Of a stretch of 64,000 nucleotides of DNA, positions 12,113 to 24,882 are shown piece by piece. The notes under the pieces were generated by a model. The model worked only from the letters and a program-made list of their open reading frames with translations. It was not told the origin of the DNA and ran no database searches. Origin of the DNA: Paraphysomonas bandaiensis (lineage: Eukaryota; Protista; Chrysophyceae); contig CBFFRP010000151.1 in the NCBI GenBank assembly GCA_965644295.1, positions 1 to 64,000 of the forward strand, written 5' to 3'. Numbering within the stretch: the stretch's first letter is position 1; every line of letters starts with the position of its first letter. Made by a program: the position numbers and the translations under genes.

Positions 12113-14479
12113 ATGGGACAAGGGAAAAGTTTAATAGGAAAGACATCATCTGAGTGTGTTATACATGAATCTCCATTAAATAAAGATAAAGATGAATATG
12201 CTCATCTTGGAACTGTTTCTGTTAAGCTTTCATGGTTGACAGCTAATGTCCGATACACTCCTGAACAACAGAATGATATTATAGTGACTGGAAAAGGTGG
12301 AATCTTTCATGGGACCTCTGCTGCTGCTCTTGCTGTGATGAAAGGTGAGATAGAAGGACTATAGGGAGATAGATGTGTGTATATGGGACTATAGGGAGAT
12401 GTATGTGTGTGTATGGGGCTATAGGGAGATGTATGTGTTAGGAGCTATAGGGAGATGTATGTGTGTGTATGGGGCTATAGGGAGATGTATGTGTGTGTAT
12501 GGGGCTATAGGGAGATGTATGTGTGTATTTTAAATGTATGTGAGATACATATTGGGGCTATATATATTTATATGTATCTCGATAGAGAAATAGTGTGTCA
12601 TGAATAAATTGGTCTACAAATGGCTTACGTGTGTGGTGCAGAGTTGGCCAAAGCGAAATTGTTTCCGAAAGAGATTCCTCTGTTGGATTCGAGGGCGCAT
12701 CAGCTTTTGATTACATACTCAAACGGATGGCACGCCATATCCTCCCCTGAAATTTTTTCACGTCATTCTGGCACGTGTATTATAATAGGTGATCGTGTGA
12801 ATCCCGGTAAGCCTTATCCAATCAAACTTGGAGACTGCTTTCGCTTGGGATCTGTGGGGGTAGTTGTTTCGGAAGTGAAAACCGATAAAGGTGTCGAGCA
12901 GAGACTTGACACCAATAGACTCCAGTATTTGCGAGAAGAAGCATTGGCTTTTGAAGGAGATCAGGATGAGGCCGCATTGGCTGCTGAGGAGGACTCTGAC
13001 AAGAAGAGCCGGGACGAGGACGGAAACACGCAGCGAGATACGGTTGCTCCCTTTTGTTACATGTGTTACGAGACTCACGACACCCCAGAGGACCACCTTG
13101 TGGCTCCATGTGACTGCAAAGGTGACACGCGGTATCTTCATGTTCAGTGTCTGCAGAAATGGTACCAAAGCTCAGTATGTGGCTCCCGAGCGCTTGTAAT
13201 CCGTACTACTGGTAACGGGGCACCTGCGTGTAAAATATGCGGTGCTGCGTACAAAACCGCTTTTCGATCTAATGGTGTCAAAACTAGCCTTCTTGAGGTG
13301 GATCATCCAGGGCCCTATATTTCTCTTGTTGTTGTTACGCGACACGATACCTCTCCTGGCCTTTTTAACACGAAGTTCCGGCTCAATTTCGGACCTGGTT
13401 ACAACGCAACTGAGCAGCAGTTGCATGAAGATCCAGCCCCTAGTGAATTGACGATTGGGCGATCAAGTGTGTGTAATATGGTTCTCGACTACCGTACTGT
13501 GTCGACTGTTCACGCAAAACTCAGCTACCGCAACGGTCAGTTCTATGTGTCTGATGCAAGGTCAAGCAATGGTACGATGGTTTATCTCCAAGGTCCCCTC
13601 CCACTTCAGAATAATCAGACTGTGCGTTTGCGCATGGGTCGTTCGACCCTGGCTATTCAAGCTCGCCGTTCGTTTTCCGCCTCCCTTAAGGGAACTCTTC
13701 AGCGAGCACCCAACCGTGTCCCCTGCACTGCATCTCTAAATGAGCTGCAGGAGGTAATGGCCTTAGCACCCCCGTATATACCGAAGTCCATTAGGAATGT
13801 TCCAGATGAAGGGTCGCCGGCGCCAGATGGTATGCGCCGCGCTTTATCTCGCGGGAACTCTCACTTGTCCGAGGGTGCTGTCGAGTCTACTAGCGTGACT
13901 GCAGCGGCCAATCCAGGAGGCATATCTGGATCAATAGCGGAGACTTCTTTGGATCGTGGAGGATCAGTCGCGCTGCCGTCAGAAGGTATCGACGGGGCTC
14001 TTATATTAGGCGGAGACATGAGAAGATCTCGTCCCAACAGTGCAAATACTGAGACCAGGGCAGATAAGGAGAGGGGTGGTGTAGCTGTGGTTCAGATGCT
14101 TTCAGACGCATCTGACGAGAAGGACAGCAGTAGCAAGCTCAGCTCTCCTAACCGATCTCCAAGAGGGGACAGAGAGAGACGCAAAAATGACACCCCGCAA
14201 CAGTCACCATATAAAGCAGAGGGAGCGCCAAGCAATACAATAGCAGAGGGATTCCGGTCCCTAGACAGTTCGGGTCCTTGTAGTCCTTTGGATGACGTGG
14301 AGGAGGGACCGGGTGTGTTGAGTAGTCCGAAAGCTAGACAGGGGGTTTGGAGAGATGATAAAAATGAAGAAGAAAATGAATGTGGTAAGGGAGGTCTAGG
14401 AAGTGGGGGCGTCGTCTCCAGTTTTTCGAAGGCAATGGTAAATGACATAATGGCATCTGCTACTTCAGATAGAAGATAA
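12113..14479 (+). CDS. FHA - RING-CH(RINGv) - FHA putative E3 ubiquitin ligase; join(12113..12344,12642..14479)
   Basis: RINGv CYMC...APCDCKGDTRYLHVQCLQKW...CKIC; FHA motifs IGRSS..SxxHA..SSNGT and IKLGDCFRLG; phase-1 GT-AG intron joins the frames; N-terminus MGQGKS. Confidence 0.9.
12355..12530. repeat. About 30-bp intronic tandem repeat (GGGCTATAGGGAGATGTATGTGTGTGTAT), about 6 copies
   Basis: Seen directly inside intron 12345-12641. Confidence 0.9.
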
Positions 14480-15348
14480 CATGGCCTGTACAACCGTCCC
14501 TCTTGTTCGTCTCCATCACTGTTTTTATGTCTCACTGTTTTTTAGACGAGTGGCTACAACTGTACCGTCTAGCCTAGATTAATATCTACCCTCTGTGTTT
14601 ATTCTGCAATTATCAATTATATTTTTATTCACCGTGCGCATTTGATGTATGCGCAAATATGACCGTTTATCACATGCGGCAATGAAAGGTAAACGGAGTA
14701 TACATTCGTGTCGATTACATCCCACATGTTGCCGACTCGTAATTGCATTTAAATCTACGACGAGAAGTTGGGATTTTAAATTTGTATACACCTTTACCTA
14801 GTACGATACAACATAATATGATGGAAATTATTTTGAATAAGATATATATGACTAATGACGTTACGTAATAATTACAGATTATTTTATATGCCAATATATT
14901 AACTGTTGTAGATTGTGGCTATCTAAAGTACGATTATATTGATAGGTAGTCGTGATCAGGCTTAACAATTGCAATTACTTACCAAGCATCCAATTAATAG
15001 TCTTCAATTCTGTTGATTTTTCGAATAGCTTTCTGAACTATAACCTCATCCCAAAGGCCAAAGGTGCTGGGATTTAATCGTAAGACATCAACAACATCAA
15101 AATCTCATCCACGCATATGAGCAGGGCTGCGTAACAATTAACTAATTACAGCTAATTGCAATGAGCAGTTTCCCCCCTGCAGATGAGTTACTGTTGGAAT
15201 CCTCATCTTCATTTTGGACTCCACAGCAACATCTCCTTTTGTATAAACAGCAAAACGGAGCAAAACAGTGTTCTCCAGCACAACGCCTTCGTCAAAAACT
15301 AAATACTAATATAGCGTATATCTGCTATCAGCTTATGCTAGTAGGTAT

Positions 15349-17000
15349 TAACAGAAGTTGACATTATTTGCTAAGGTTTACTATTCTCAACTGATAAGAT
15401 GAAATTATAAACATTACATGATAAAGAACCTAAGTTGTGTTCGATGTGTTCAACACCATTCATTTACTACTATAGTGTACAAACCACCCACTCAGTGATC
15501 GTATCCTGTATAGTCATCCACTTCTACTTCAGTTTCATACTACATAATATAATGTACTAATTACATATATATCTTTCGATCCTTGCATCTCACATAATAC
15601 TGCACTCAATTGCAAGTATATAGAATCTTCAGATCTCAACACTCCCCCTCAATTGAGTGTTGTACTTATGACGCCTCCCAGCTATTGAATGCCTGAGATA
15701 AAAAAATTCTTGACAGTAAAATAGACTCATCTCTAAGTCTAAACCTCTGTCTAAAAAACTCAGTACCTACTTGCGCCTTCTTTTATCCCTTGGTCCCTCA
15801 TTAATCACTTCAGTGGAACTCTTAACTTTCTCTCCAAGATTTCTCTTTCTCTGCTCCATATATGATAAACCAACCAATGACTTTGTATAAATATCTGCTG
15901 CTTGTTGCGATGTATGCACATGCACTAACTTAATCGTATTGAACTGATTGGGATCCACGTGCTCTCTCACCATGTGATACTTAATCTCAATGTGCTTCGA
16001 CTTCTTGTGAAACACTGGGTTTTCGGCCAAATCCTGGGCACTCTGACTGTCGATGAAGAATGGTGTGGGTTTGATGAGCCTCAACTTAATCTCACCCGTC
16101 ACCCCCCGAACCCATAGCACTTCTTGGAGACCCGAGTAAATACACTGATACTCAGACTGCATGCTTGACGTTGCCACTGTCGTCTGCAGTTTGGACTGCC
16201 AGACTATAGGCCCTCCCGCTGCAAACCCAACGTACCCCGACGTGGACTTCCTGGAGAGCTGATCTCCCGCCCAATCCGCGTCAGTAAACATATGGAAGTC
16301 GAACCGTCTACTCCCATATTGAATCCCTTTGTCAATAGAACCACGAATATATTGCCATACATGTGTTAATAGCTTGCATACTTCAATATTCACCTTATTA
16401 CTGAACCGAGACAGTACTCCCACTGCATAGGCAATATCCGGCCTCGTGTTCATCGATAGATATAGTAATGCACCTATCAGCGGCCGATATGGGAAGTTAT
16501 CTACTATAAGCTGTTCCTCCTCGGTATGCTCATGCCGCGCCCCTTTTGCCACTAAATCCATTGCTTCCGCCGGTAGAGGACTCTTCCGTACCTTTCGCGG
16601 TGACCCAAGATACTTTTCAAACTTTTCTAAGATCTTAGCCGCATATACTGATTGGTCAAGACGAATATACTCTGGCGTTCTTGTGACTCGAACATTCAGA
16701 AAATGTTCCATCTCGCCCATATCCTTCATATCAAACCGGGCACACAGTTGAGCTTTAATATCCTTCACTATGTTGACATCACGACCTAACACTAGGATAT
16801 CATCCACATATATCGTTAATAATATCAATTCATCGCCCTTATACTGATAATACAAACACGGGTCTAATACACATGGTTTAAAATGCATAGATCGTATGAA
16901 TTTATCCAATGTTTTCCACCACGACCGCGGGGAACTCCGAAGCCCGTATAACGACTTCTTCACGACGATCATGGTGGGGGTACTCAGTTTGTACTTTGCC
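15349..17000 (-). mobile_element. 5'-truncated Ty1/Copia LTR retrotransposon: RT-RNaseH, PPT (15642-15650) and 3' LTR (15349-15641)
   Basis: PPT GAGGGGGAG immediately precedes TGTTGAGATCTG; the LTR is homologous to 22452-22744; pol ORF lies upstream. Confidence 0.93.
15767..16972 (-). CDS. Copia pol fragment (reverse transcriptase + RNase H)
   Basis: KSLYGLRSSPR, YVDDIL, TRPDIAYAV, DADWAG..RKSTSG, KHIEIKYH, ADIYTK motifs. Confidence 0.95.
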   Translation of the reverse strand: MIVVKKSLYGLRSSPRSWWKTLDKFIRSMHFKPCVLDPCLYYQYKGDELILLTIYVDDILVLGRDVNIVKDIKAQLCARFDMKDMGEMEHFLNVRVTRTPEYIRLDQSVYAAKILEKFEKYLGSPRKVRKSPLPAEAMDLVAKGARHEHTEEEQLIVDNFPYRPLIGALLYLSMNTRPDIAYAVGVLSRFSNKVNIEVCKLLTHVWQYIRGSIDKGIQYGSRRFDFHMFTDADWAGDQLSRKSTSGYVGFAAGGPIVWQSKLQTTVATSSMQSEYQCIYSGLQEVLWVRGVTGEIKLRLIKPTPFFIDSQSAQDLAENPVFHKKSKHIEIKYHMVREHVDPNQFNTIKLVHVHTSQQAADIYTKSLVGLSYMEQRKRNLGEKVKSSTEVINEGPRDKRRRK

Positions 17001-17699
17001 GTCGATATTTGACATACTTTTGCGCGCTGAGGTTAAAATGTACACTGATCCTGATACTGTCACACAATTATGACTTATATAATATAATAAAGTAACTATG
17101 TTGTACTTAAATTCAAGCTCTTCTATATTATGCTAACAGATAATGAGTTTGTACATCTATGATCAGTAGATATTATACAGCTTAAGAGGCCATATAATTA
17201 AGCCGGTGAATTTGTAGAAGTAATAATAATTCCAATTGTCACACCAATTGATTGTTACTGTCTCATTCCGACGGTGTGGTCATATAGAGTGTATATCCGC
17301 TGGTACACCACATATAACACCAAGATTTTGCGCGGATTCTACGTAGTCACACGCCCGCCACCCATTTACCACCTTGGCTGACCATATAAGTTGCGCGCAG
17401 GTTTTGTGAGAGCCACCATACTGTCCCACTCGTGTTCGCCTTTACAAGATTTTTCATAGGTATGCAAGACTTAAGGATGTAATTCTCACAGATTTTAGCA
17501 AGAGGCCATGTTCACCTTCTTCCCGTCCCCTTATAAAGATTACGCGGAGCTTAGCGCAGGCCTAGCATGAAATTTGCTAAAGCTCCTCCTCCCTAGAATG
17601 GCGGGGTTTGTAGTAATAATGATGTATGAACTATGCAAGTCTATAGTGTATATCTAGCTGGAGAGCTTGCTTGTCACCACACAGAAGGAAACACGCCGG

Positions 17700-17852
17700 A
17701 ATTTAATCCTAAAGTCAGTAGATTCAGCTTGCTCATTGCGTTTACTTTTACGGATAGAGCGAGAGTGGTTGCATCTTGGTGCTTGCGATGATTCACAAGC
17801 AGCTTTCGTAGCGCGAAATTGTAGGATATCAGAGTTAAACACTATTAGTTAA
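17700..17852. repeat. Dispersed repeat shared with 47425-47595 (unclassified TE remnant)
   Basis: Aligned blocks AATCCT.AAGTCAG.AGAT, GCTTGCTCA.TGCG, AGTGGTTGCA.CTT, CAGCTTTCGTAGCG, GTAGGATAT.AGAGT. Confidence 0.75.
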
Positions 17853-19776
17853 ATTGCAATGCTAATAATAAGACATTTATTTACTACTACTACTACTACT
17901 ACGGGATTTTAATAAAAATCTAAACGTTGCTATAAGTTTTATCAACACTAGCACTTTACTACGATGTTGTAGAGCCCGCTCTTTGAATATAGATTTAGTG
18001 AATATGAATGAAGTTGATGATTGATACTTATATTATGCTGAGGTAAAAAGCAATTTCACCAGGTTTCATATCTGTAATTTGTATATGAGAGGTTAAGGAT
18101 AAAGAAAAAGTCGCTATAATAGTTGTTATTTTAGAAGTATTTATTGCGTTACAAGTTGCCCCTGCTACTTCTGTTTTGTAATGCCATATTCTCATATAGC
18201 TGCATTTACCATCCAACTGAATAGCCTGATATTTTGTATATATTGCATATATATAGCTATCTTCACCACTACGACATGCAATAACACCACTACTACGTAC
18301 AGTAGTTTTATAGTACCTATGCTCGGAGACGACGCGGCAACAGCCGCTGGGGGCACATTACTAGTAGGTGGAGGATTATCCGCAGTTAGGTGATCATGAT
18401 TTTCTCTCATCAAAAGATCACGAAGTTTTGCTAGACCGGGCATTATGTCCTGCCGAAGTTCAGCAACAGCGAGAGGTATCAGATCTGCTTTCGACCCCAC
18501 CATTATCTTAATATAAGTATTAAGTAACGCACCTTTGATAATACTAGTAGTAGTTACTGTACACGATAAGTTATAGTACTGGAATGTATTGTAAGTTAGC
18601 TTCTCAGACACCATGCATATATAATGTTTCCTTCTAGTCCCACTTCAAAGGATATTAATATCAATAATTAAAGCACTATGGGTTCAAAGAATAACATAAT
18701 TTATTTGACGATTATACTGAACTAAATCACAGAACATGAAGATGTTACATACTCTGAATTAACTAGAATAGTGATATATATATTCATCAATCCACCCAAT
18801 ATTGAATAGTCTGGTGTTAAAGTTTTGCTTATATGTAGGCAAGTAAAACCTTTATTTAAGCTTTTCTTAAATTATGATCATTACTTGAAGAATACAGTAG
18901 CTGAAAACTGTGTCATAAGAATTAATGGAATGGTAGGAATTGTATTAGAGTAAAAATGAAATGTATTCTCTATGTAAGATCTTGTCTATCTATGATCTGA
19001 AAATAGTAATTGGAGAGGTAACAACTAAAGATGTCTGATTCTTGACTGAACTCTATAAACCCTCCAAATACCCTATAGAAACTCTATAAAACTTGGTTAA
19101 AGTTGTGATGACCATTTCTCATTATTCATCCCAACTTACTACTGATAAGTTATACCGTGTGATATAGTATGTTAGTCGTGTGTCAATATATATTTACATG
19201 ATAGACAGTCATGCAATTTACATTTTATATATTCTAACACCAGCGTTAACGATTTATTCGTAAGTAACGACTTTAACTCTAAGCCCTAAAACTACTGCAT
19301 TCAATCACTCAAATTTAAGCGAAGCGCAACACAGATAGCTACTGTATTTGTCGATCTCAGTTTCAAACTAAAATTCTTACGCTACAGATTATAATGTCGT
19401 TGTTGGATAATTAATCGTACAATGTATGATATGAAATAGATCGACAAAAACTGCAATCAGGCTATTGCTGCTTCACTGTCGCAATAGGTAAGCTAAAGAA
19501 TATGTGAAATTACAAATAAACAACCTAGTCATCCACATCGCATACATATCTAAAAATACTAAGCAAAATAGTTAATTATAAGTATTATAGATGACGGCAT
19601 CTTTACGAATGGCGAATCACTGCCAAACTCTCATATTGTTACACTTGTTTTACATTTGAAATTCATATCCATATAAAACCGCTCTGTTACTGATCCATTC
19701 TTTTGCTTCATTGCAGTGTCCCCAAATGTACATTATATATCTTGTACCATGAGCACTGATCACTGACATTTACTGA

Positions 19777-20547
19777 TTAATACCATTGACTTATAAATTC
19801 ACCAAATCTGGATGCACGACTGATTCCAAATATGTTTCCAGCGATATACATGTACCAGGACGGCAAGAAATGAAGATCTTCAAAGGTACTTGTCAATATT
19901 CCATTTGCAATGACTTCAGATTGTAGACAATTCAAACCAAAATACTTTTGAGGTTGTGTTTCTCTTTCTACTGATACAACAGAACATACTTGTTTATTAT
20001 ATGAATAAACAGTATCTCCATATTGTAATGATACAGCAGTTTGATATCCATTCGATGTAACAACTAAATGATTATCAGTAAGACGTAATGTATGAATATG
20101 TTGATGACATTGAACAGTAAGGATGACACCAATCGATTGTATGATATGAGGAATATAACACTCTGATTGTTTGTCTTGTATGAGATCATTCATAGATAAC
20201 TGTGTATGATTATATTCAATCAAAGTATTTTCATGATAACATTTTTTTATATTACTTTCACATGTATATGAATGTAACTGACATTGTAATGTATGACACC
20301 AAGTGATACATTCATCTTCCATATCATCATCATCACTACATTGAAATTCATAACATGCTATCGATGTGATGTTGGTTATACAGTTCTCACTAATATAACG
20401 TCCATCTAAAAGGGTTTTACATGAGAGTAAAGCATCGTTACAGTCATGGATGGAACATCCAGTACATTTACATGTACCATCATCATCATGTTCACTATGT
20501 GAAAGTATGTATTGTAGTAGAAGAATGAATAGATGGAAAGATTTCAT
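19777..20547 (-). CDS. Secreted Cys-rich protein with C-terminal Hint (Hedgehog/Hog-type autoprocessing) domain
   Basis: Signal peptide; 12 Cys in aa 26-96; Hint start CYHENTLI (C103), block B LRLTDNHLV, LQYGDTV, VVSV, VIANGILTSTF; short amphipathic tail. Confidence 0.85.
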   Translation of the reverse strand: MKSFHLFILLLQYILSHSEHDDDGTCKCTGCSIHDCNDALLSCKTLLDGRYISENCITNITSIACYEFQCSDDDDMEDECITWCHTLQCQLHSYTCESNIKKCYHENTLIEYNHTQLSMNDLIQDKQSECYIPHIIQSIGVILTVQCHQHIHTLRLTDNHLVVTSNGYQTAVSLQYGDTVYSYNKQVCSVVSVERETQPQKYFGLNCLQSEVIANGILTSTFEDLHFLPSWYMYIAGNIFGISRASRFGEFISQWY

Positions 20548-20700
20548 TGGATGAATATGAAACTATGAGGAGGTTTAATGAAACTGATTGATTGATGTAT
20601 GTATATATGTGTGTATATAGAGCTATGTGTGTATGTGTGTGTATATATATGTACGTATATATGTGTATGTGTGTATATATATGTATGTATGAAGCAACAA

Positions 20701-20830
20701 TTCGGAAATAAATTGAAGCAAATATTCTCTATGTTACTGCAATGCAACTACGGCTGGAATATACATAATTATTGTCTCAATATTACAGGCATCTTGGAAC
20801 AAAAATATACGAAAATATACGAAGGATGCC
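20701..20830 (-). mobile_element. 151-bp module/MITE family A, copy 3 (ends eroded)
   Basis: Reverse complement has GGCATCC...AATATTGAGACAATAATTAT...AGCCGTAGTTG...TTCCGAA. Confidence 0.9.
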
Positions 20831-20843
20831 CACAGACAGAATT

Positions 20844-20978
20844 CTGTTTGTGGGAATATGTCGTCCAGGCTAAAAAATCCCAATTTTTCGTTGTTTGAGA
20901 ATACTGTATATATTCAATATATTGCTCATCAAAAAACAGTATAGAGCTATAAACCAGGGATTTTCCACCCATAGATAG
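20844..20978. mobile_element. MITE family B, degenerate copy
   Basis: CTGTTTGTGGGAATATGTCGTCCAGGCTAAAAAATC ... CCCATAGATAG, similar to the element at 33079-33240. Confidence 0.6.
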
Positions 20979-21746
20979 CAGCATATGGCTCCTAGCTAGC
21001 TATCCTCCTAGGAGACGTTTTTCGACAAAGTGGATGTAGGACCGTAGATGGTCCCACTCGACCTAAAAAACAGGCACTCATCATCACCACACCCAAACTC
21101 ACACTCACCATCACCACCATTTTCACGTATGAGTATACTGCTGTATACCGGTATACAATACAGTGGAACAGGAGATGAGACTCTGAATATATGTATGGAA
21201 TTATCAGATACAGTCATCACTTACAGCTCGACAGCATGTACCACCTTCACAGAGACATTAAAGTGCATACATCATAAGTATATTTGCTATGGCAGCGTAT
21301 GATCTAAGAAATAGATGATTTTATCGAAAGATATTATTGTAATATGTCATAACAATACAGATATCAGCCTCCTATAGATTGCAACCCCCAGGAGCCGTTG
21401 GACGACCCTCAGAGGGTGACCAACACGACAGATACATTGTAGACTATATATACATTGTTAATGAAGCCGTAATTTAGCATTTATATACGTATTAAACATA
21501 TTTTTCTTCTAATTGTACCGCTATCACATGCACCGCCACGTGCCACCCCAGACGCCCATAGATCACCCCCAGAGTGCAAAGTAGACTTCCGGTACATTAT
21601 AAACCATGTGTCTAATATATTTTTTCTATAACATTACATTACCATATATATATGTGATTTAATACATTTTAATATTAAGTACCCCTATTTTATTTTCTGT
21701 AATACCATAGGCACCGGTATGGACCACCCCACAAGCCCCCAGAGCT

Positions 21747-22150
21747 TTGCTTGTAGACGACCTGAGAAAGTTTGAAAGCGTGTCTAAGCTACTTCAAACA
21801 GGAGACTCTAGTCAAGTGAATCTTTATGAAGACCGGAACATTTTTGACGGCTTATTGATGGACTTCGGGGCTAGGTATCCCAAACCTGCTTTAAAGAAAA
21901 CAGTTCCATTGCTAGTGATCCGAATTCTGAGAATGGAATTAAAAAAAATCCAAGCAGGCGAAGAATTTGAGTTGACAAGATCTGGGAAAGATGCTGTTAG
22001 AATATATCTCCGTTCAGACAGTAGTGGTTTCTTCAGTGAGCTAATAAAATTAAGAAATGAAAGATTGAAATATCTATGTACAGGTGCACGAGTCTTGTAG
22101 TATGTACTTCCAATACACTTGAACGCCAATGCAGTAGTGGTTTTGGATAT
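21747..22150 (+). pseudogene. hAT-like transposase C-terminal remnant (frameshifted)
   Basis: LRKFESVSKLLQ...RNIFDGLL, then (other frame) SSIASDPNSENGIKK, KIQAGEEFELT, and CTSNTLERQCSS resembling the hATC dimerisation motif; similar to stramenopile hAT-type transposases. Confidence 0.6.
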
Positions 22151-22451
22151 CATGTGATTTTAATGACTAATACTAAAACTGGAATCTACGGATGTGTTTA
22201 CTTACTGATTAGTGCTACGTGATACTCATATGTACGGATACTCCGTCGATACAACCCTATTTAGCAACAGTATTGCAATATATTGTTCCCTAGCCCTGCT
22301 ACAAGGACTTAATAATAAGGTGAAACAATGGATGATGCTGTTTATTGAATGTTAACATATTTATCTTAATGTTTGTTAAGCGTATATTTATATATTATTG
22401 TTTTTACTTCTTAGATTTGATTGTACCAGATACCTTTTTTTGATTTGTACT

Positions 22452-22744
22452 TGTTGAGATCTGAAGATTCTATATACTTGCAATTGAGTGCAGTATTATG
22501 TGAGATGCAAGGATCGAAAGATATATAATTAGTACATTATATTGAGTAGTATGAAACTGAAATATAAGTTGGTGACTATACAGGATACGATTACTGAGTG
22601 TGTGGTTGTACACTATAGTAGTAAATGAGTGGTTGTGAACATATCGAATTCAACTTAGGTTCTTTATCATGTAATGTTTATAATTTCATCTTATCAATTG
22701 AGAAGAGCAAACCTTAGCAAAATAAATAATGTCAACTTCTGTTT
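22452..22744 (+). mobile_element. Solo LTR of the same Copia family as 15349-15641
   Basis: 293 bp, begins TGTTGAGATCTGAAGATTC, colinear with the other LTR, flanked by GTACT on both sides (22447-51 and 22745-49). Confidence 0.93.
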
Positions 22745-22820
22745 GTACTACTTAAGGTTATTATCATTCATAAATGTGTTACAATTATCGTACGATTTCT
22801 GGAGACGGAAGGACTAAAGG

Positions 22821-24300
22821 CTAAAGGGGCGTTATTTTCTCTCTCGTTTTCATGCTAATCCAAGAGGAAATCTGACCAACAGTAAGCCATTTCCAAGGCT
22901 CTACAAAGTGTAATTTCATGTACCGTCGGATTGTCGGAGCCTGTCTTTTATCAGGCATATCATACTGTATTGTCAACCAGTCTTTCATTTCTTCAGTAAA
23001 TGATTCCAGTATGTTTTCCTTGTTTAGTCGACGGGCATATCCTGGACTGAGGGGAAATACTTTCCGAGGTCCCATGGTGAAATGACAAATGAGAGAATCG
23101 TTTTCACAGGAAAATGTCCTATGTAAAAATTCAACCATACCCTCGTGGAGATGGGCTGCACTGATCACTATGTCATTTACTTTGTGCAACTTTATTCCCA
23201 CTGAAATCGTCGCGGCATTGATTGAAGAGCAACTAACTTTCGAGACAACGTTCCCTTGAACATCCATTTGGGGTAATTCCTGTAAGGAAGATATTCTGAT
23301 GCTTATCTCTTTCTGTGATATATCCATTTTCCCACCTAGCAGTATGTTCGAGGGATGAGATTTCATGCCAGAATCCAGCAGATCTAGAATTCGGACTACA
23401 GGTGTCGGAAATTTGCGAGTCGTGGAATGAGTTTCCACAGTAGCTGACGTTGAGGAAGAGTCTGTCGACCGTGCAGAGGGAATAGTAGGTTTGTACTGGC
23501 TTAATACGGACTCTACTCTATCACACTCCATTCGATCTTTCATTAATCTCTTCGTCTTTGCGTCAAGCTTTCTCTGTTGAACCGCCCTCTTAATTTTGAG
23601 CCTTGTTTCGTGAGTCGGCTTCGGTAATAGTTGTCGACTAATTGCTTCAACAGACTGCACTGATGACTCAACAATATGTGCCCCGGTTGGCACTAGAGAC
23701 ATCACACCTCTACGCTTACTTACAAGATCCTACTCAAAAAATTAGCATTATCAGACGGCAGTATTAGTGTTGAAAAGAATTATTAAACAGCAGATTATTA
23801 CACTTACTGTGTAAGGTAATATAACTCCTTTTCCCAAGGGTGGTACTTCCTGCAAAACAACCGCTGAAGGCAAGAACTTATACCCAATTATGTCGCTGAT
23901 CCCTTTGATGGCGGATGTTGCTCTGACAGACTTTTTGTGTCGAGGTAGAAGCATCTCTTGAACATGATACCCAACAGGGGATTTTTGTTGAAGTTCGTTG
24001 ACAACATCAGCGGCATTGACAAAACTCTTTCCATCATTTCTTGCCCTCTTTACAGTCCCTTTGATAAAAGCAGTGATGGTACAGTAGCTAGCTCTGTGTT
24101 TACTCTGTAGGCCAGCACCATTGAATTATCTTCAGTATCATTTACTATCGAAGAGGGTTCAATAGTGTGGGGGGAAACAATACGTTCATGCAGCTTCTCC
24201 TCCACACCTTGCACACCTAATTGTATAACCCCTGGAATATCCTCCTGTCCAGCTTTTAATGTCTTTGCAACGTCAATGAAATGCCTCGTTACCCATGTCT
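22821..24300 (-). pseudogene. C-terminal part of the transposon-encoded protein (probable transposase), spliced or frameshifted
   Basis: 294-aa ORF 22821-23705 with an HTH-like end (WLTVGQISSWIS); upstream segments TVKRARNDGKSFVNAADVVNEL and IKGISDIIGYKF...GKG lie inside the TIRs. Family assignment is from memory of motif style only. Confidence 0.5.
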
Positions 24301-24882
24301 ATTCAAACAGAAATAATTTATACTACTATACATGCGTAGCTATATATAATATCTACAAGGCATACCTTCATTCTGTGCTTTGTTTGCTTTTTTAAATCAG
24401 ACACAGCCTCATACTTTTTTCCAATTCTCGGAATTTCTAAATTGCCATAAAACAATATTATATTAAAATATATATGGTGGTTGATCGAGAGTATATAGCA
24501 ATGAGCGATATATAAAATATATTATGTAGCTAATAATAATAGTAGGGTGTTATGTTGTGAGCTCTAGTTATCTACTTGGTAATTGTTTATAATTTCTTAC
24601 CTGCAGTGAATGCCGTATCAATCTTTCGCTTAGCCCCACTTATATTTGGAATATGATCTGATGTATATGTGGTCAGTGTAATAGTAACAACAGTGATATC
24701 ATGAATGACTACATATTAGCGTGCATACAGTATATGATGTAATGAGTTTGTTTATAAGTATGTATGTGTTGAGTTCTACAACTATGCATATATATAGTGA
24801 CAAATTCATACCTACAGTGTAAACATAAATGCGTTCTACATAATATTAGCATGCATGTATGCCATGATGTTACCAGTATTTA

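Noticed and set aside
18192-18614. 140-aa minus-strand ORF
   Set aside because: Partly coding-like but no domain or clear gene structure.
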